Positions 1 through 11,018 of a stretch of DNA of 64,000 nucleotides are shown piece after piece. Numbering within the stretch: position 1 is the first letter of the stretch; the number at the start of each line of letters is the position of its first letter. The translations under genes and the position numbers were made by a program. The notes under the pieces are model-generated. The model did no database searches, was not told the origin of the DNA, and saw only the letters and a list, made by a program, of their open reading frames with translations. Origin of the DNA: Octopus sinensis (Eukaryota); contig NC_042997.1 in assembly GCF_006345805.1 (NCBI RefSeq), forward strand, positions 78,182,001-78,246,000, given 5' to 3'.

Positions 1-865
1 TTCGTAGTAATTTGTCTTTTTTCGATGTTGGTTGTTTTATCATATTGTTTCATTCATAATTTTTGAGTGGTGTTCGTTTTTGCCACGTGAATTTTATTTT
101 TAATTCCATTTCTTCCATTTCTCCATTCATTAATTTAGAGATGTTCGTTTCCAGAGCGGTTATACTTTTTATATATATGTTAAGTTCCTTGGTAAGTAAT
201 TTTGTTTGGTGTATATGTTGAGGCTTATATGTACTTGTGGGTGTGTGTGAGTGGGGTGGGAGTTTGTATTTGTTATGGGTGTGTGGTTTACGAGTGGTTT
301 TGTGTGTGAATGTATTGGTTAAAGGAATTGATATATAAGTATGTTTTAGTGTTTAGTAAAGGGAGGTTTTATCATTTCTGTTTTGTGAGTTTTAGCTTAT
401 CATGGTAGTTTTATAAAAGAATCCATTCATAATTTTTGTGTTTATTTGTCTGTGTGGGGTTGAGTGGGTTTTGGAGTATATGTTGAGGTTTATATGTATG
501 TATTGGTATGTGTAAGTGGTGTGGGTATTTGTATATGTCGTGGGTGTGTAGTTTACGTGTGTGTATTTGTGTGTGAATGTTTAGGTTAGGGGGATTGCTA
601 TATAGGTTTGTTATAGAGTTTAGTAAAGGGAGATTTTATCATTATATGTTTTTATGAGTTTTGGTTATCATGGTAGGTTTGATAAGGAATTTGTAGTAAT
701 TTGTGTCTATTTGCGATGTCTGTTGTTTTATTGCATTGTTTCATTCATAATTTTTAAGTAGTGTTCGTTTTACCAAGTGAATATAATTTTTAATTCCATT
801 TATTCTATTTCTCCGTTCATAGTTTTGAGTGATGTCCATTTTCTAGAGTGTGAATATGGGTTGTA
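1..865. repeat. G/T-skewed degenerate internal duplications (two ~240-bp units about 265 bp apart, two ~160-bp units about 690 bp apart); possibly decayed Penelope-like ORF/pLTR
   Basis: 211-450 aligns with 476-710 (gtatatgttgagg...tcatggtag) and 3-160 aligns with 693-860 (tagtaatttgt...ttcattcataatttt...taattccattt). The minus strand reads as a stop-riddled N/T/K/H-rich frame. Confidence 0.65.
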
Positions 866-1291
866 TGTGTGTGTGTGTGGGAGTATGAATAAGTATTGTG
901 TTGAAGTATTTAGCTATTTTATTTATTTATAGTTGCCTAGACATTTTTATGTGTATGTATAGGGATATATATATAGGTGTGTGATTTAGTGTATGTAGTT
1001 AGATATGGTTATATATAATTAGGTATATGCGTATGGGTGTATATATAGTTTAATATTATATTATTATTATTTTTTTTGTTTTGTTTTATATTTTATATTT
1101 TATATTTTATATTTTATATTTTATATTTAATTGTTGATAGGTTTTTTTAGTTTATATATTGTTTATATATTGATTATATATGGATTATAGATAGGTTATA
1201 TATGGATTATATACTTATATTTTTTCATTCATACTTTAATTATTTTAAAATTATTTTATTTTTTAAAATATTGATTTTTTAGATTGGAAGT

Positions 1292-1334
1292 CCACCTGAA
1301 GATTGCCGATCAAGACAAGAAACGATTGTAGTGG
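1292..1334 (+). ncRNA. Minimal type I hammerhead ribozyme motif (Penelope-type)
   Basis: ccac-CTGAAGA-ttgccgatcaagacaa-GAAA-c-gatt-GTA-gtgg. Stem I ccac/gtgg; stem II ttg(c)c/g(a)caa; stem III AC/GT, with ACGATTGT self-complementary using G-U pairs; GUA cleavage triplet at 1328-1330. Confidence 0.8.
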
Positions 1335-1427
1335 CGGTTTTTTTGACTATTTATTAAAATTTATGTATTGATTAAGTCTTTCCTTGTTTGTTTTGCAAAA
1401 TAGTGGTTTTGTCTCGAATAATATTGT

Positions 1428-1475
<48 letters not shown>

Positions 1476-1476
<1 letters not shown>

Positions 1477-1603
1477 CGACAGGCTTCTTTCAGTTTCCAT
1501 CTACCAAATCCACACGCAAAGCTTTGGTCGGCCCGTGGCTATAGTAGAAGACACCCAATATAGTTGGGAAGCAAGCTTCTTTCCACACAGCCACGCCTCT
1601 GCC
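1476..1603 (-). mobile_element. tRNA-derived SINE family A, partial 5' part
   Basis: Matches the head of the copies at 1665-2074 and 59892-60293 (ggcttctttcagtttcc..ctaccaaatccac..gctttggtcggccc). Confidence 0.75.
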
Positions 1604-1635
<32 letters not shown>

Positions 1636-1664
1636 CATGTATTCTTTTATTCTTTTATTTGTTT

Positions 1665-1850
1665 CAGACATTTGACTGCGGCCATGCTAGAGCACCGCCT
1701 TTAGTCGAACAAATCGACCCCAGGACATATTCTTTGTAAGCCTAGTACTTATTCTATCGGTATCTTATGCCGGACCGGTAAGTTACGGGGATGTAAACAC
1801 ACCAACATCAGTTGTCAAGTGATGCTGGAGGTACAAATACAAACACACAA

Positions 1851-1911
<61 letters not shown>

Positions 1912-2074
1912 CTACGGGCTTCTTTCAGTTTCCGTCTACCAATCCACTCACAAGGCTTTGGTCAGCCCGAGACTATAGTAGAAAACACTTGCCCAGTGTG
2001 CCACGGAGTGGGACTGAACCTGAAACCATGTGATTGGTAAGTAAGCTACTTACCACGCAGCCACTCCTGCGCCT
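1665..2074 (-). mobile_element. tRNA-derived SINE family A (octopus OK/OR-type), near full length with internal (CA)/(TA) tract
   Basis: Minus strand begins ggcgcaggagtggctgcgtggtaag (A-box like), then ggttcagtccc (B-box like). About 8 related copies lie in the window. Confidence 0.85.
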
Positions 2075-2278
2075 ATGTATGCATTTATAGTAAGTTGGGT
2101 AAAACCCTGGTGTGTCCTCTGGACGTCCATCTAGTTTTTCCTCTATAAAATCCAGTATGTAGTTGCAGTTGCTGTATTTATGACATATACATATTAGAGT
2201 TGAAAATTCTGGAAACATTGTTTGCAGAGTTATACATCAAACAGCAAGTTGGAAGAATTTTCTGCTATCATTTATTCA

Positions 2279-2371
2279 TCATTACAAGTTTCATTTGCTA
2301 ACAGAAATCACTAAGTTGTACATATTGGATAAACATATAAGAAATTTCCTATTAGAAATTCTTCAGACTGA
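2279..2371 (-). ncRNA. Type I hammerhead ribozyme motif with long stem II
   Basis: Minus strand: tcagt-CTGAAGA-atttctaatag...ctgttagcaaat-GAAA-c-tt-GTA-atga. Stem II is 11 bp with one bulge; stem III is AC-TT-GT (one change from palindromic ACATGT); stem I tcagt/atga has a bulge. Confidence 0.55.
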
Positions 2372-2464
2372 GAATGAGAGAAGAAAAATATTACTCGTTC
2401 TCTGCCTGAAGACTTTCATACATATCTGTCCAACATTTACAACATTTACATATATCTATACCTA

Positions 2465-2578
<114 letters not shown>

Positions 2579-2674
2579 CCTATATATATATATGTATACA
2601 CACATGTATATTTGTATGTATATATGTGTATATATATATGTCTATATACATACGTATATATATGTATGTAGTCG

Positions 2675-2714
<40 letters not shown>

Positions 2715-2879
2715 CATGCGTGCGTGTGTGTGTGCGTGTGTATGTGTGTCTATGTGTTTGTACATGTGTTTGTGTATAAAGTGCATTCTAGACAACAGAT
2801 ATTAATTTCAAAGAAGTATAAAATTCAAATCTCCTTAGATATAGGATCCTCAGATTTTAATTTACTTGTTCTAATGTTC

Positions 2880-3632
2880 CAGTCTCTTTGTGAAGGCTTC
2901 AAGGAAGCCCTCCAAAGTAAAGGTGTCTGTCGCCTTTGCCATTTGCCTCCTTCATTTTCTTCATTTTAGAGAATAACCAAAAGTCACAAGAAGCAAGGTC
3001 TTCATGACAGAGAGGGTAAGGTACAAATTTGATAGCCATCTCTCTCAAGTAGTTGATTGCGAAGATGGAATTGTGGATTAGTGGATTGTCCTGATGCAAC
3101 AGATCTGGCCTTTTGCGCCGAAATCTCTTTCTGAAACCTCTCAAAACCTCTACAAAACCTCTATAAATACTATTTGCTGACCGTTCGGTCAAAGAACTCA
3201 GTAGATGTAGATGATCCCCTTGCTGTCAAGAAAGGAGACCATCATGAGTTTCCGGTGGATTTGCTTTGCCTGACTTCTTGTGCCTACTAAAAACAGATGG
3301 ACGTCTCATACAATTTAATTCATAACACAATCTGACACTTTCATTGCAGCATTTTTGCTCAGTCTAACACAAAAATTTATTGCATAGCGAACTTCTAAAC
3401 TGTTGTCATGCCCCGACTGCATTCTGCAAGCTAGACAGTTGTGATAAAGTAATGTTTAGTAAGGTATGTTCAAAGCGCTGTTACAGCAGGTTTTAAGTCT
3501 GCAAGAATGAAAGTTGGCATATCAGCTTAGTAGATGTGTAGTAATGATATACTAAAATTACAATAGTCGAGGACAGTTATAACGGCCTCTCTTAAAACAG
3601 TTTTCAAAACTTCTGGAATGCACCTTGTTTGT
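2880..3632 (-). mobile_element. Internally deleted mariner (Tc1/mariner) remnant
   Basis: ORF 2899-3192 carries LLHQDNP..H and LASCDFWLF, homologous to mariner HDNA..H / YSPDLAP.DF.LF. A TIR-like acaaggtgcattccagaagtttt lies on the minus strand at about 3608-3630. Confidence 0.7.
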
Positions 3633-3643
3633 ATGTATGTATG

Positions 3644-3671
<28 letters not shown>

Positions 3672-3674
<3 letters not shown>

Positions 3675-3778
3675 TTATTCAGTTTATTTCAAGATTTCTT
3701 GCCAAGAGCGAAAGAACCGGTTTCTAACCTAGATCCAAGGCTCCTTTATTGGAATTTCAACATCAACAACAGGGTATT
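3672..3778 (-). mobile_element. Short element Y (probable 3' UTR terminus of an R4-like family) embedded in (ATAC)n
   Basis: Close match to 36447-36551. Flanked on both sides by (GTAT)n. The minus strand ends gaaataaactgaataat, like the R4 3' ends aaataaaactactgaat. Confidence 0.6.
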
Positions 3779-3929
3779 TTTGTATGTATGTATGTATTAA
3801 TAATGATATTTTATAAGCTTAAAGCTTATAAGCGAAAATATTATTATTATTTTCGGATTGTAAATTTCGGCACCACTTACTAAATAATCGCATATGTGTG
3901 TGTGTGTGTGTGTATGTGTGTGTGTGTGC

Positions 3930-3987
<58 letters not shown>

Positions 3988-4774
3988 TTATCTCGAACAT
4001 CAATGTAATACTGTTATATTGGATTTGTTTTTCATTGAGTCTAACTGAGAGTTCCATGGGAGAATAACACTGACTACACCAAAGAGCATGGTGCATGTTA
4101 TTTATGAACGCGCCATCGTTTTAAATCTTCAATAGCATACGTTCATTGATTCAGCACTAATTAACGTTGAAATAAAATATTCTTGTGCTTCTTGGGCTAA
4201 ACACAGTCAACTCAAAGCATGCGGGAAGTATATTCTCAAACTCTATTTTTCATAGCAACATAATTGTATTTGAAATACCGACTTGGTACATGTATAGTCA
4301 AAGAGTAAGAAGATTATAACATCTGTGACCAAATAAAGAAGATTAATTATGACAAGAGTAATTATTATATTTTTTTAATGATTTTTGCACTTGTACAAAC
4401 TAAATGCTCCATACCAAATGCTCCATACAAAACAGCATGAAGTCTGTGTCTCAAACGTAGTAAGATGGGATATTTGGTGATGCTTAATGAAAGAATATTG
4501 GCGAGCTGCGTCTACTAGCGAAGAAAAAATATCAATTATTATGAAAATTACTTATAAAAATATAATGGGTAAAAATAAACAAACAATCTCTTTCCGAGAG
4601 TATGTAACAGTATGGAACTTTAAGAAATGTATGAAAGTTGTTGTATGCATGTAATACATCAAACTGCTATAAATGTATTTTGTCATGTACTTGACGTTAT
4701 CATATGATTTACTAGAAAAAAAGAACGAAAACTGAAAATGAGAGGTTTCTATGGTTACTATATATTAAAGTCTT

Positions 4775-4965
4775 CTATGACAAGTGTTGCATGAAATGTG
4801 TTTTCTTTGATCTAGACAAAAATTGATTGATTTTTTCCAATACTTCCGAGAAAAAGTTTGGCGTATCTTGGATATTAATAATACGACCGGCATTCATTCT
4901 TCTTCCAAGTAGCCTACAGCTTGATGCGTGACCGACAGTAAAACAGCGCCAATTATACAACTGTG
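4775..4965 (-). CDS. Candidate terminal exon 3 of a speculative spliced gene
   Basis: Acceptor ccttttgtacacatag, then a phase-1 open frame (T)QLYNWRCFTVGHASSCRLL...HLS-stop in non-repetitive sequence. No homology recognised. Confidence 0.22.
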
Positions 4966-5057
4966 CTATGTGTACAAAAGGTGGCGGAAGTATATATGTA
5001 CGTATTTACGAATGTGTGTAATGTATATATGTTTCAATGCGCGCACGCGCACATACG

Positions 5058-5561
5058 CACACATGGGTTGATTCAAAAGTCTCTTTAGCATCAATAGAAG
5101 TTGACTTCCAGCCGAGGTCAGCTAAAGTCTGCTGAGTCTCTTAACGTATGTCTCATCACCACCTCTATCTAACCCTCTCTCATACCTACAGCCTCCTCAA
5201 CACACCCGTCATCCATCTTCCCGCGACATATATCAGTCCTCTCGACCTCATTGCTTTTCACGACTCAGGGATTCCAGGAGACCTGGTCCTGCTGTCCACA
5301 CTGCTAGCTGCTCAGATATCCAAGGAGATTTGAATAGGATTTCCGTTGTATTGTTCTACTGTGGGACAATGGATATACTCCCATTTCTAAATAATTACAT
5401 TTTTCGAAGATGTCATTATGTATGTGTGTGTGTATAAAATTTACAATAAAATAGCAAAGATAGTATTGAAAGTAAGCAAAACAAAAGTGTAACAAAAGAG
5501 CTAATAAAAATTTTGTTTATCATTTAAATCCCAAAGGGACTTCTGAATCCCTCCTTGCGTG
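5058..5561. mobile_element. Probable old MITE with degenerate ~29-bp TIRs
   Basis: cacacatgggttgattcaaaagtctcttt (5058-5086) versus reverse complement of 5533-5561, cacgcaaggagggattcagaagtcccttt; 22/29 identical. Confidence 0.4.
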
Positions 5562-5796
5562 CATATGTGTGTGTATACATACATGCCTATACATGTTTTT
5601 AACTTTATTTCTCCTGTTTGCATCGCCAAACCTGTACATGCCTCTCTCTCTATATATATATATGTGTTTGCGTGTTTGTGTATGTTTGTGTGTGTGTTTG
5701 TATGTGTGTGTGTTTGTATGCGTTTGATGTTGACTATTGAAGAAAGAGTATTCAATACCATAGTAGAGACTAATAATATATTTGGGTTTTCAGCCT

Positions 5797-5844
5797 CTTG
5801 CTACTCTGAGTTTCGTCTATGAGTGCAGAGGCTCTTCAGACAAG
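5797..5844 (-). ncRNA. Minimal type I hammerhead ribozyme motif
   Basis: Minus strand: cttgt-CTGAAGA-gcctctgcactcatagac-GAAA-ctcaga-GTA-gcaag. Stem I cttgt/gcaag is 5 bp; stem II has 5 of 7 pairs; stem III is ACTC-A-GAGT; GUA triplet. Confidence 0.78.
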
Positions 5845-5920
5845 TTACGACTGCAAATTGCCCGAAGACTATGTGTACCTGCAAGAGATGGCTCGGCTCA
5901 AGTAATATATATATATATAT

Positions 5921-5984
<64 letters not shown>

Positions 5985-5985
<1 letters not shown>

Positions 5986-6560
5986 ATTGAAAAATAGGAT
6001 AAAATCTTTATAAGAATTATCAAGTAGTTAGCGTGAAAAACCTCATAAGGGAAAAATCCATTAACTTTTCATCTTAAATATTTTAATTTATATTGAGGGC
6101 ATTACTATACATTAATTCCACACGCTAGGAGGGACTCTTAAAGTCAAAACTACCAAAATAAATAAACACATTGTACTGAATACGAGGGAATGCAACTCTC
6201 GAAGTGAGCATTTTAAAAGCAGAATTCAGCTGCGTATCACGTTTTCATAATTAGTGCACAAATGCACTTTTTAATCTTCAGTGCAAGCACAGTTCAAGAT
6301 ATATAAAAATGAACAAAAATGAACATACGAGATGAACACCAAATGTATCCAGCGTAGCATATAGAATTGTTCATCCTTATATATCTATATAAATTGCATC
6401 TCGGTACAACGTGCTTATTCGGAATAAAATTCAGCACTGAAAAAACTCCGGTTAAATTTACAATTGAAAAATAGGATAAAATTTTTATAAGAATTTATCA
6501 AGTAGTTAGCGTGAAAAACAGTGTGTGGCATTTATGTATAGTAATGCCTTCAATATAAAT
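5985..6560. mobile_element. Penelope-like pLTR remnant with direct and inverted partial repeats
   Basis: 57-bp direct repeat at 5985-6041 and 6462-6519; 6523-6560 is the reverse complement of 6086-6123; degenerate hammerhead on the minus strand at 6228-6286. Confidence 0.5.
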
Positions 6561-6785
6561 AATATATATATATATATATATATTTGTGTGTTTATGTATG
6601 TGTGCATGCATGTATATTTGTATATGTAAGTATGCATGTATGTATATAAATAGTTGATTGTATGAATGTACATTAACACCTAGACTATTATATATGCAAA
6701 TTAAATAATTATTAGAACTGAGAATGCAGTTACAGTTTTTGAAGGAGTGAATTCATGGTGTAGCAATATGCCATGGTAAAGCCTG

Positions 6786-7283
6786 TTTACCGGGGACAGA
6801 TAAAAGCGTAATCCCTCTCCAATTATTGCAATAGGTGAGTTTTCCTTCCTTTGGGAGCTTAACGATTACACCCTGTTGCCAATCCTCTAGAACCCGACCT
6901 GTCGTCCAGCATACATTTCGGAGGGTCGTCAGATGTTCGACGACGGGATGACCTCCGTGTTTCGTTCTTGTCCTTGATGGGCACCTTTTGTCCGCTTCTC
7001 GTTCCGGTAAGGTCACGCTATAAAGTCTTCGTATCATTTCGATCCGCCGCCTCCTGCACCTTCTGACTCCTTTGTTCCAGCCAATCCCGCTTGTTTTTCC
7101 GACAGCTCTTCTTCACTCTTCGATACGTCTCCGATGCTTCCTGCTGGGCTTCGTCCGTTTATGCTAGGTCTCATTGTATTTCAGCCTTTCGTCTCGCAAC
7201 GATCTTGGATCCAACGCTCCTTGTATGCGCCACGGCGTTTGCCGATGGTATTTTCGGCACTTTCGATGATTGCCTCCTTGCAA
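6786..7283 (-). mobile_element. RTE-clade LINE, inverted 5' segment (linker to RT start)
   Basis: The minus strand encodes KEAIIESAENTIGKRR...WQQGVIVKLPKEGKLTYCNNWRGITLLSVPGK. Confidence 0.85.
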
Positions 7284-8480
7284 TAACTGAAGGGGAATTA
7301 CGCTTCTATCTGTCCCCGGAAAAGTCTTCGGTATCGTCCTCTTAAGGCGGCTGCAACGGGCGGTGGATGAGAGGCTCCGAGAAGCCGAGAAGAACAAGCC
7401 GGTTTTCGATACTGACGATCGTACAATGGACAAATCTTCAAGTTGCACAACATTGTCGAACAAAACCTGGATATCAGCAACGGCAACTAATCATTTTCAT
7501 TGATTTTCTCAAGGCATTCGACAGCGTACACCGGAGCTCGTTGTGGTGCATCGCTCGTGACTTCGGCATTTCCGAGCGTTTCGTCGAAGCCTTTACCGCG
7601 AGGCTAGATGTTACGTTCGAACGGAGACAGGCTACACCGACTATTTTGCCATTGAGACCGGTGTACGGCAAGGGTGCATTCTATACCTTCTCCTATTTCT
7701 TATGACGATCAACTTTGTGGTGTGGGTCGGGGCGCCTGACTGACCTCGACCTCGCCGATGACATCGCGCTCCTCGGAGCGACGAAGAATGTCATTCGCAC
7801 AATGACAGAGAGATTGGAACGGGAGGCGGCCAAGATCGGACTCCGTATAAGTGCAACCAAGACAAAAATCATGGGAACTGGATATTTCAATGGGAATACC
7901 AATGGCGTCCCCTTGATGACTGGAAAACACCAAATTGAGAAATTTGATGAGTTCACTTATTTGGGCAGCGTTGTGGCCAACAACGGAGACGCCGAACACG
8001 ACGTTGCCTGCCGGATTGGGAAGGCCTCGGCTGTCTTTCAAAAAGTCAAACCCATCTGGGCAGGCAGGGTGATCTCTACCAAGACCAAAGTACGCCTCTT
8101 TAAAGACACCGTCATATCATCGGCAATATACACGGTGGAAACGTGGAAGACATCGGCAAAGATCGCGCGAAGGCTCAATCTATTTCAGCCACGATGCCTC
8201 CGGCGGATACTGCGAATATCATACCAGCGACGAGATACATCGACGAACTGATACCCGTCCATTCCATGACGTTATCACTGAGCGCTGCTTGCGATACGCA
8301 GGCCATGTCCTCCGATTACCATTGTCGCGGCATGCGAATAAACTGCTATTCTGAGGAAGCCACCGCATAGGCAAGAGAAAACAAGGGCGACCACAAGTGA
8401 CTTGGCGCCGCACCTTCAACGATAACCTGAAAGCCATTGACATTTCATGGGATGAAGCTGAAATCGGCGCAGGAGAACCT
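7278..8480 (+). mobile_element. RTE-clade LINE, forward RT-to-3' segment (frameshifted)
   Basis: NNWRGITLLSVPGK, FIDFLKAFDSVHR, LDLADDIALL, FTYLGSVV and RIGKASAVF motifs in ORFs 7367-7705 and 7715-8251. Confidence 0.9.
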
Positions 8481-8550
8481 AAGACTACGAAATCTTATTT
8501 GTCCATCATTGTATGATATACGGAAGTCTGTATCATATAATGATACCATA

Positions 8551-8782
8551 AGCGAGAGCTGGCAGAAACGTTAGCGCGCCGGGCGAAATGCATAGCCGTA
8601 TTTCGTCTGCCGTTACGTTCTGGGTTCAAATTCCGCCGAGGTCGACTTTACCTTTCATCCTTTCGGGGTCGATAAATTAAGTACCGGTTACGCACTGGGG
8701 TCGATGTAATCGACTTTACTCCGTTTGTCTGTCCTTGTGTGTCCCGTCTGTGTTTAGCCCCTTGTGGGTAGTAAAGAAATAG
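8551..8782 (+). mobile_element. tRNA-derived SINE family B, full length (tail type 1)
   Basis: A-box-like tggcagaaacgttagc, B-box gggttcaaattc, core ttcggggtcgataaattaagtacc; at least 6 related copies in the window. Confidence 0.85.
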
Positions 8783-9489
8783 ATACCATAAGTATAGAAG
8801 CCATAAGAATTGCTATTAACTGATAATCAATTAATTCTTTTTATAGACGTATGTAGCATTTATTGATAGAAAGCTTTATATGTGTTAATATATTTATTCA
8901 TATCACATTTTGCGAAACTTTCTACACATTCTATATATTTAGGTATGTGTAAAAATAAGAATTGCATATATTGGTACAGGTCTGTATGGATTCAGTCAAT
9001 TTGAACTTTCAGCTAACTTACTCTTGCTACTTGTTTTATATTTTATATACTTATTTTCACATGGAAGCAATGAAAGATAAATACTGTTCTATATCATATG
9101 CATTTGGGACGAAGGGGGTCCTTTAATCCGGGGTAGGTTCTGCAATGTAGAAATTTGTAGGTATATATCGCACTACATTAGTCTAAGGTTACATATGTTC
9201 ACGGGAGATTTTAGAGAAGTTTCAGAACAGTAAATAAGCAAAATAAGCGTAATTTGTTTTTGTTTTTTCAGAAAAATAATCAATGTTGCTTTTAATGCTA
9301 CAATATATTATTCATTCATGTAATTAAAACTAAACTTCATAGTAGATCACATGAAGAATGAGATTCGTTATTAAACGATTATATTATTAAACAATTATGG
9401 ATTATATTAATTATATTAATGTTTAATTATGTAGATAATTTTCCTAAGAGCAGCAAAGAGCTTACAGAAACGGTAGAACGTCAAATTAA

Positions 9490-10140
9490 ATATTAATAGT
9501 TATCGCAAAGCTAACATGGCAGTCCAGAAAAATAGGACGATTGCTGCCGTTGATTAGTTCCAAGAGGCCATCGCCTCTAGCTAGCGATGTGACACAAACC
9601 TGTGTCCATTATAACCTTCGAACAGGGGAGGTTAGCAGCTTCCCCTTGCTGGTCTGGCATCCACAGACTAGTTTTAAGGTGGTTGCCTCTTATCAATGTG
9701 GAGTAGCCGAACCCTGCAGGAGTCGCTGCTATGGTCTCTTGGAGCTAATCAACGGCAGCATTCGTCCTATTTTTCTGGACTGCCATGTTAGCTTGGCGAT
9801 AACTATTAATATCCAGTACAGCTGCCGTAATCTCCTTTAGAGAGAATTAGAAATAATGATATTTATAGAAATGAAAACCAGTGGATGTATTCCACTGAAT
9901 TTAAGTAAATAATCCTTCGAACAGTCGGTCAACAGCGATGCTTGACCTCCCCTGTTCGAATGTTATAATGGACACAGGTCTGTGTGTCACATTGCTAGCT
10001 AGAGGCGATGACCTCTTGGAGCTAATCAGCGGCAGCATTCGTCCTATTTTTCTGAACTGCCATGTTAGCTTGGCGATAGCTATTAATATCCAGTACCGCT
10101 GCCGTAGTCTCCTTAGAGAGTATTAGAAATAGTGATATTT
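9490..10140. repeat. Composite inverted/direct repeat module A-B ... A'-C ... B'-A'-C
   Basis: 9490-9636 is the reverse complement of 9940-10089; 9733-9864 is a direct repeat of 10010-10140. Confidence 0.85.
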
Positions 10141-10407
10141 CTATTTTAGTCAAATTAAATATTTTACATCAATTATATCCACCTACTTAAAATCATCAGG
10201 CCCAGGAAAATAACTGCTATTAATTGACTAGTATTGATTATATCAACTCTACCACCCGTTTAGAAAACGTGACAGTTTTACAAAACGTGCTCATATCTAA
10301 TCAATACGTTTGAGAGAAATAATGGATGGTGACCCGGACACTAGAGCATTGGTCAAAATTGCTTTGTAACATTTAGTTTTGTCTTATGTTCTTACACTAA
10401 ATCTCAC

Positions 10408-10467
10408 TAGGATAGATTTTATCTGCAATACAGAGGTTGATAACAATGACTACAAATATGCCTGCCA
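10408..10467 (-). CDS. Candidate 60-bp symmetric (phase 1-1) exon 2 encoding a hydrophobic segment
   Basis: Acceptor ttttcaatttttacag, donor CTA|gtgaga; reads VAGIFVVIVINLCIADKIYP. Confidence 0.33.
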
Positions 10468-10828
10468 CTGTAAAAATTGAAAATGTCGAGATTTTTAGAA
10501 GGGAAATCAATGCAATAAAGTGGCAATTACTAAGTGGATAAGTGAAATATTCAAATAGTGATAATTTTAATCTCTGAAACTATTTCAATATCGAAACATA
10601 TTTCCTGCACAAACAATATCCAATATCCTAATATTTCTGTCAAAATGTAAAAATTGATGTCGCAGCTTTTTAATACACTTAAGGGTTGACAGTTCACATT
10701 GCATTACATAAAAAGTATTTCAACCTTCTAAACAACCTCAGTACGTAGTAATTGCAGCTTGCTTTTTTGATGAGTAATAAAGTTATGTTTTCAACGGACA
10801 CGGTCTTAAATTTATTAGAGGTAGACAT

Positions 10829-11018
10829 GGATATTTTCACTTTGACCGGCAGATTTTTAAAATAATTTCTTTGTAACTAAACACTTTTAAACTTCGTATA
10901 CTGGTAGAATGTGTTACATAAAACACTTTATTCTCTTGGCTTTCTTGACAGTTTGTTTAAAAGTGTTTAGTTACAAAGAAATTATTTTAAAAATCTGCCG
11001 GTCAAAGTGAAAAGATCC
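10829..11018. mobile_element. MITE with ~62-bp near-perfect terminal inverted repeats
   Basis: ggatattttcactttgaccggcagatttttaaaataatttctttgtaactaaacacttttaaac (10829-10892) is inverted at 10955-11018. Confidence 0.85.
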
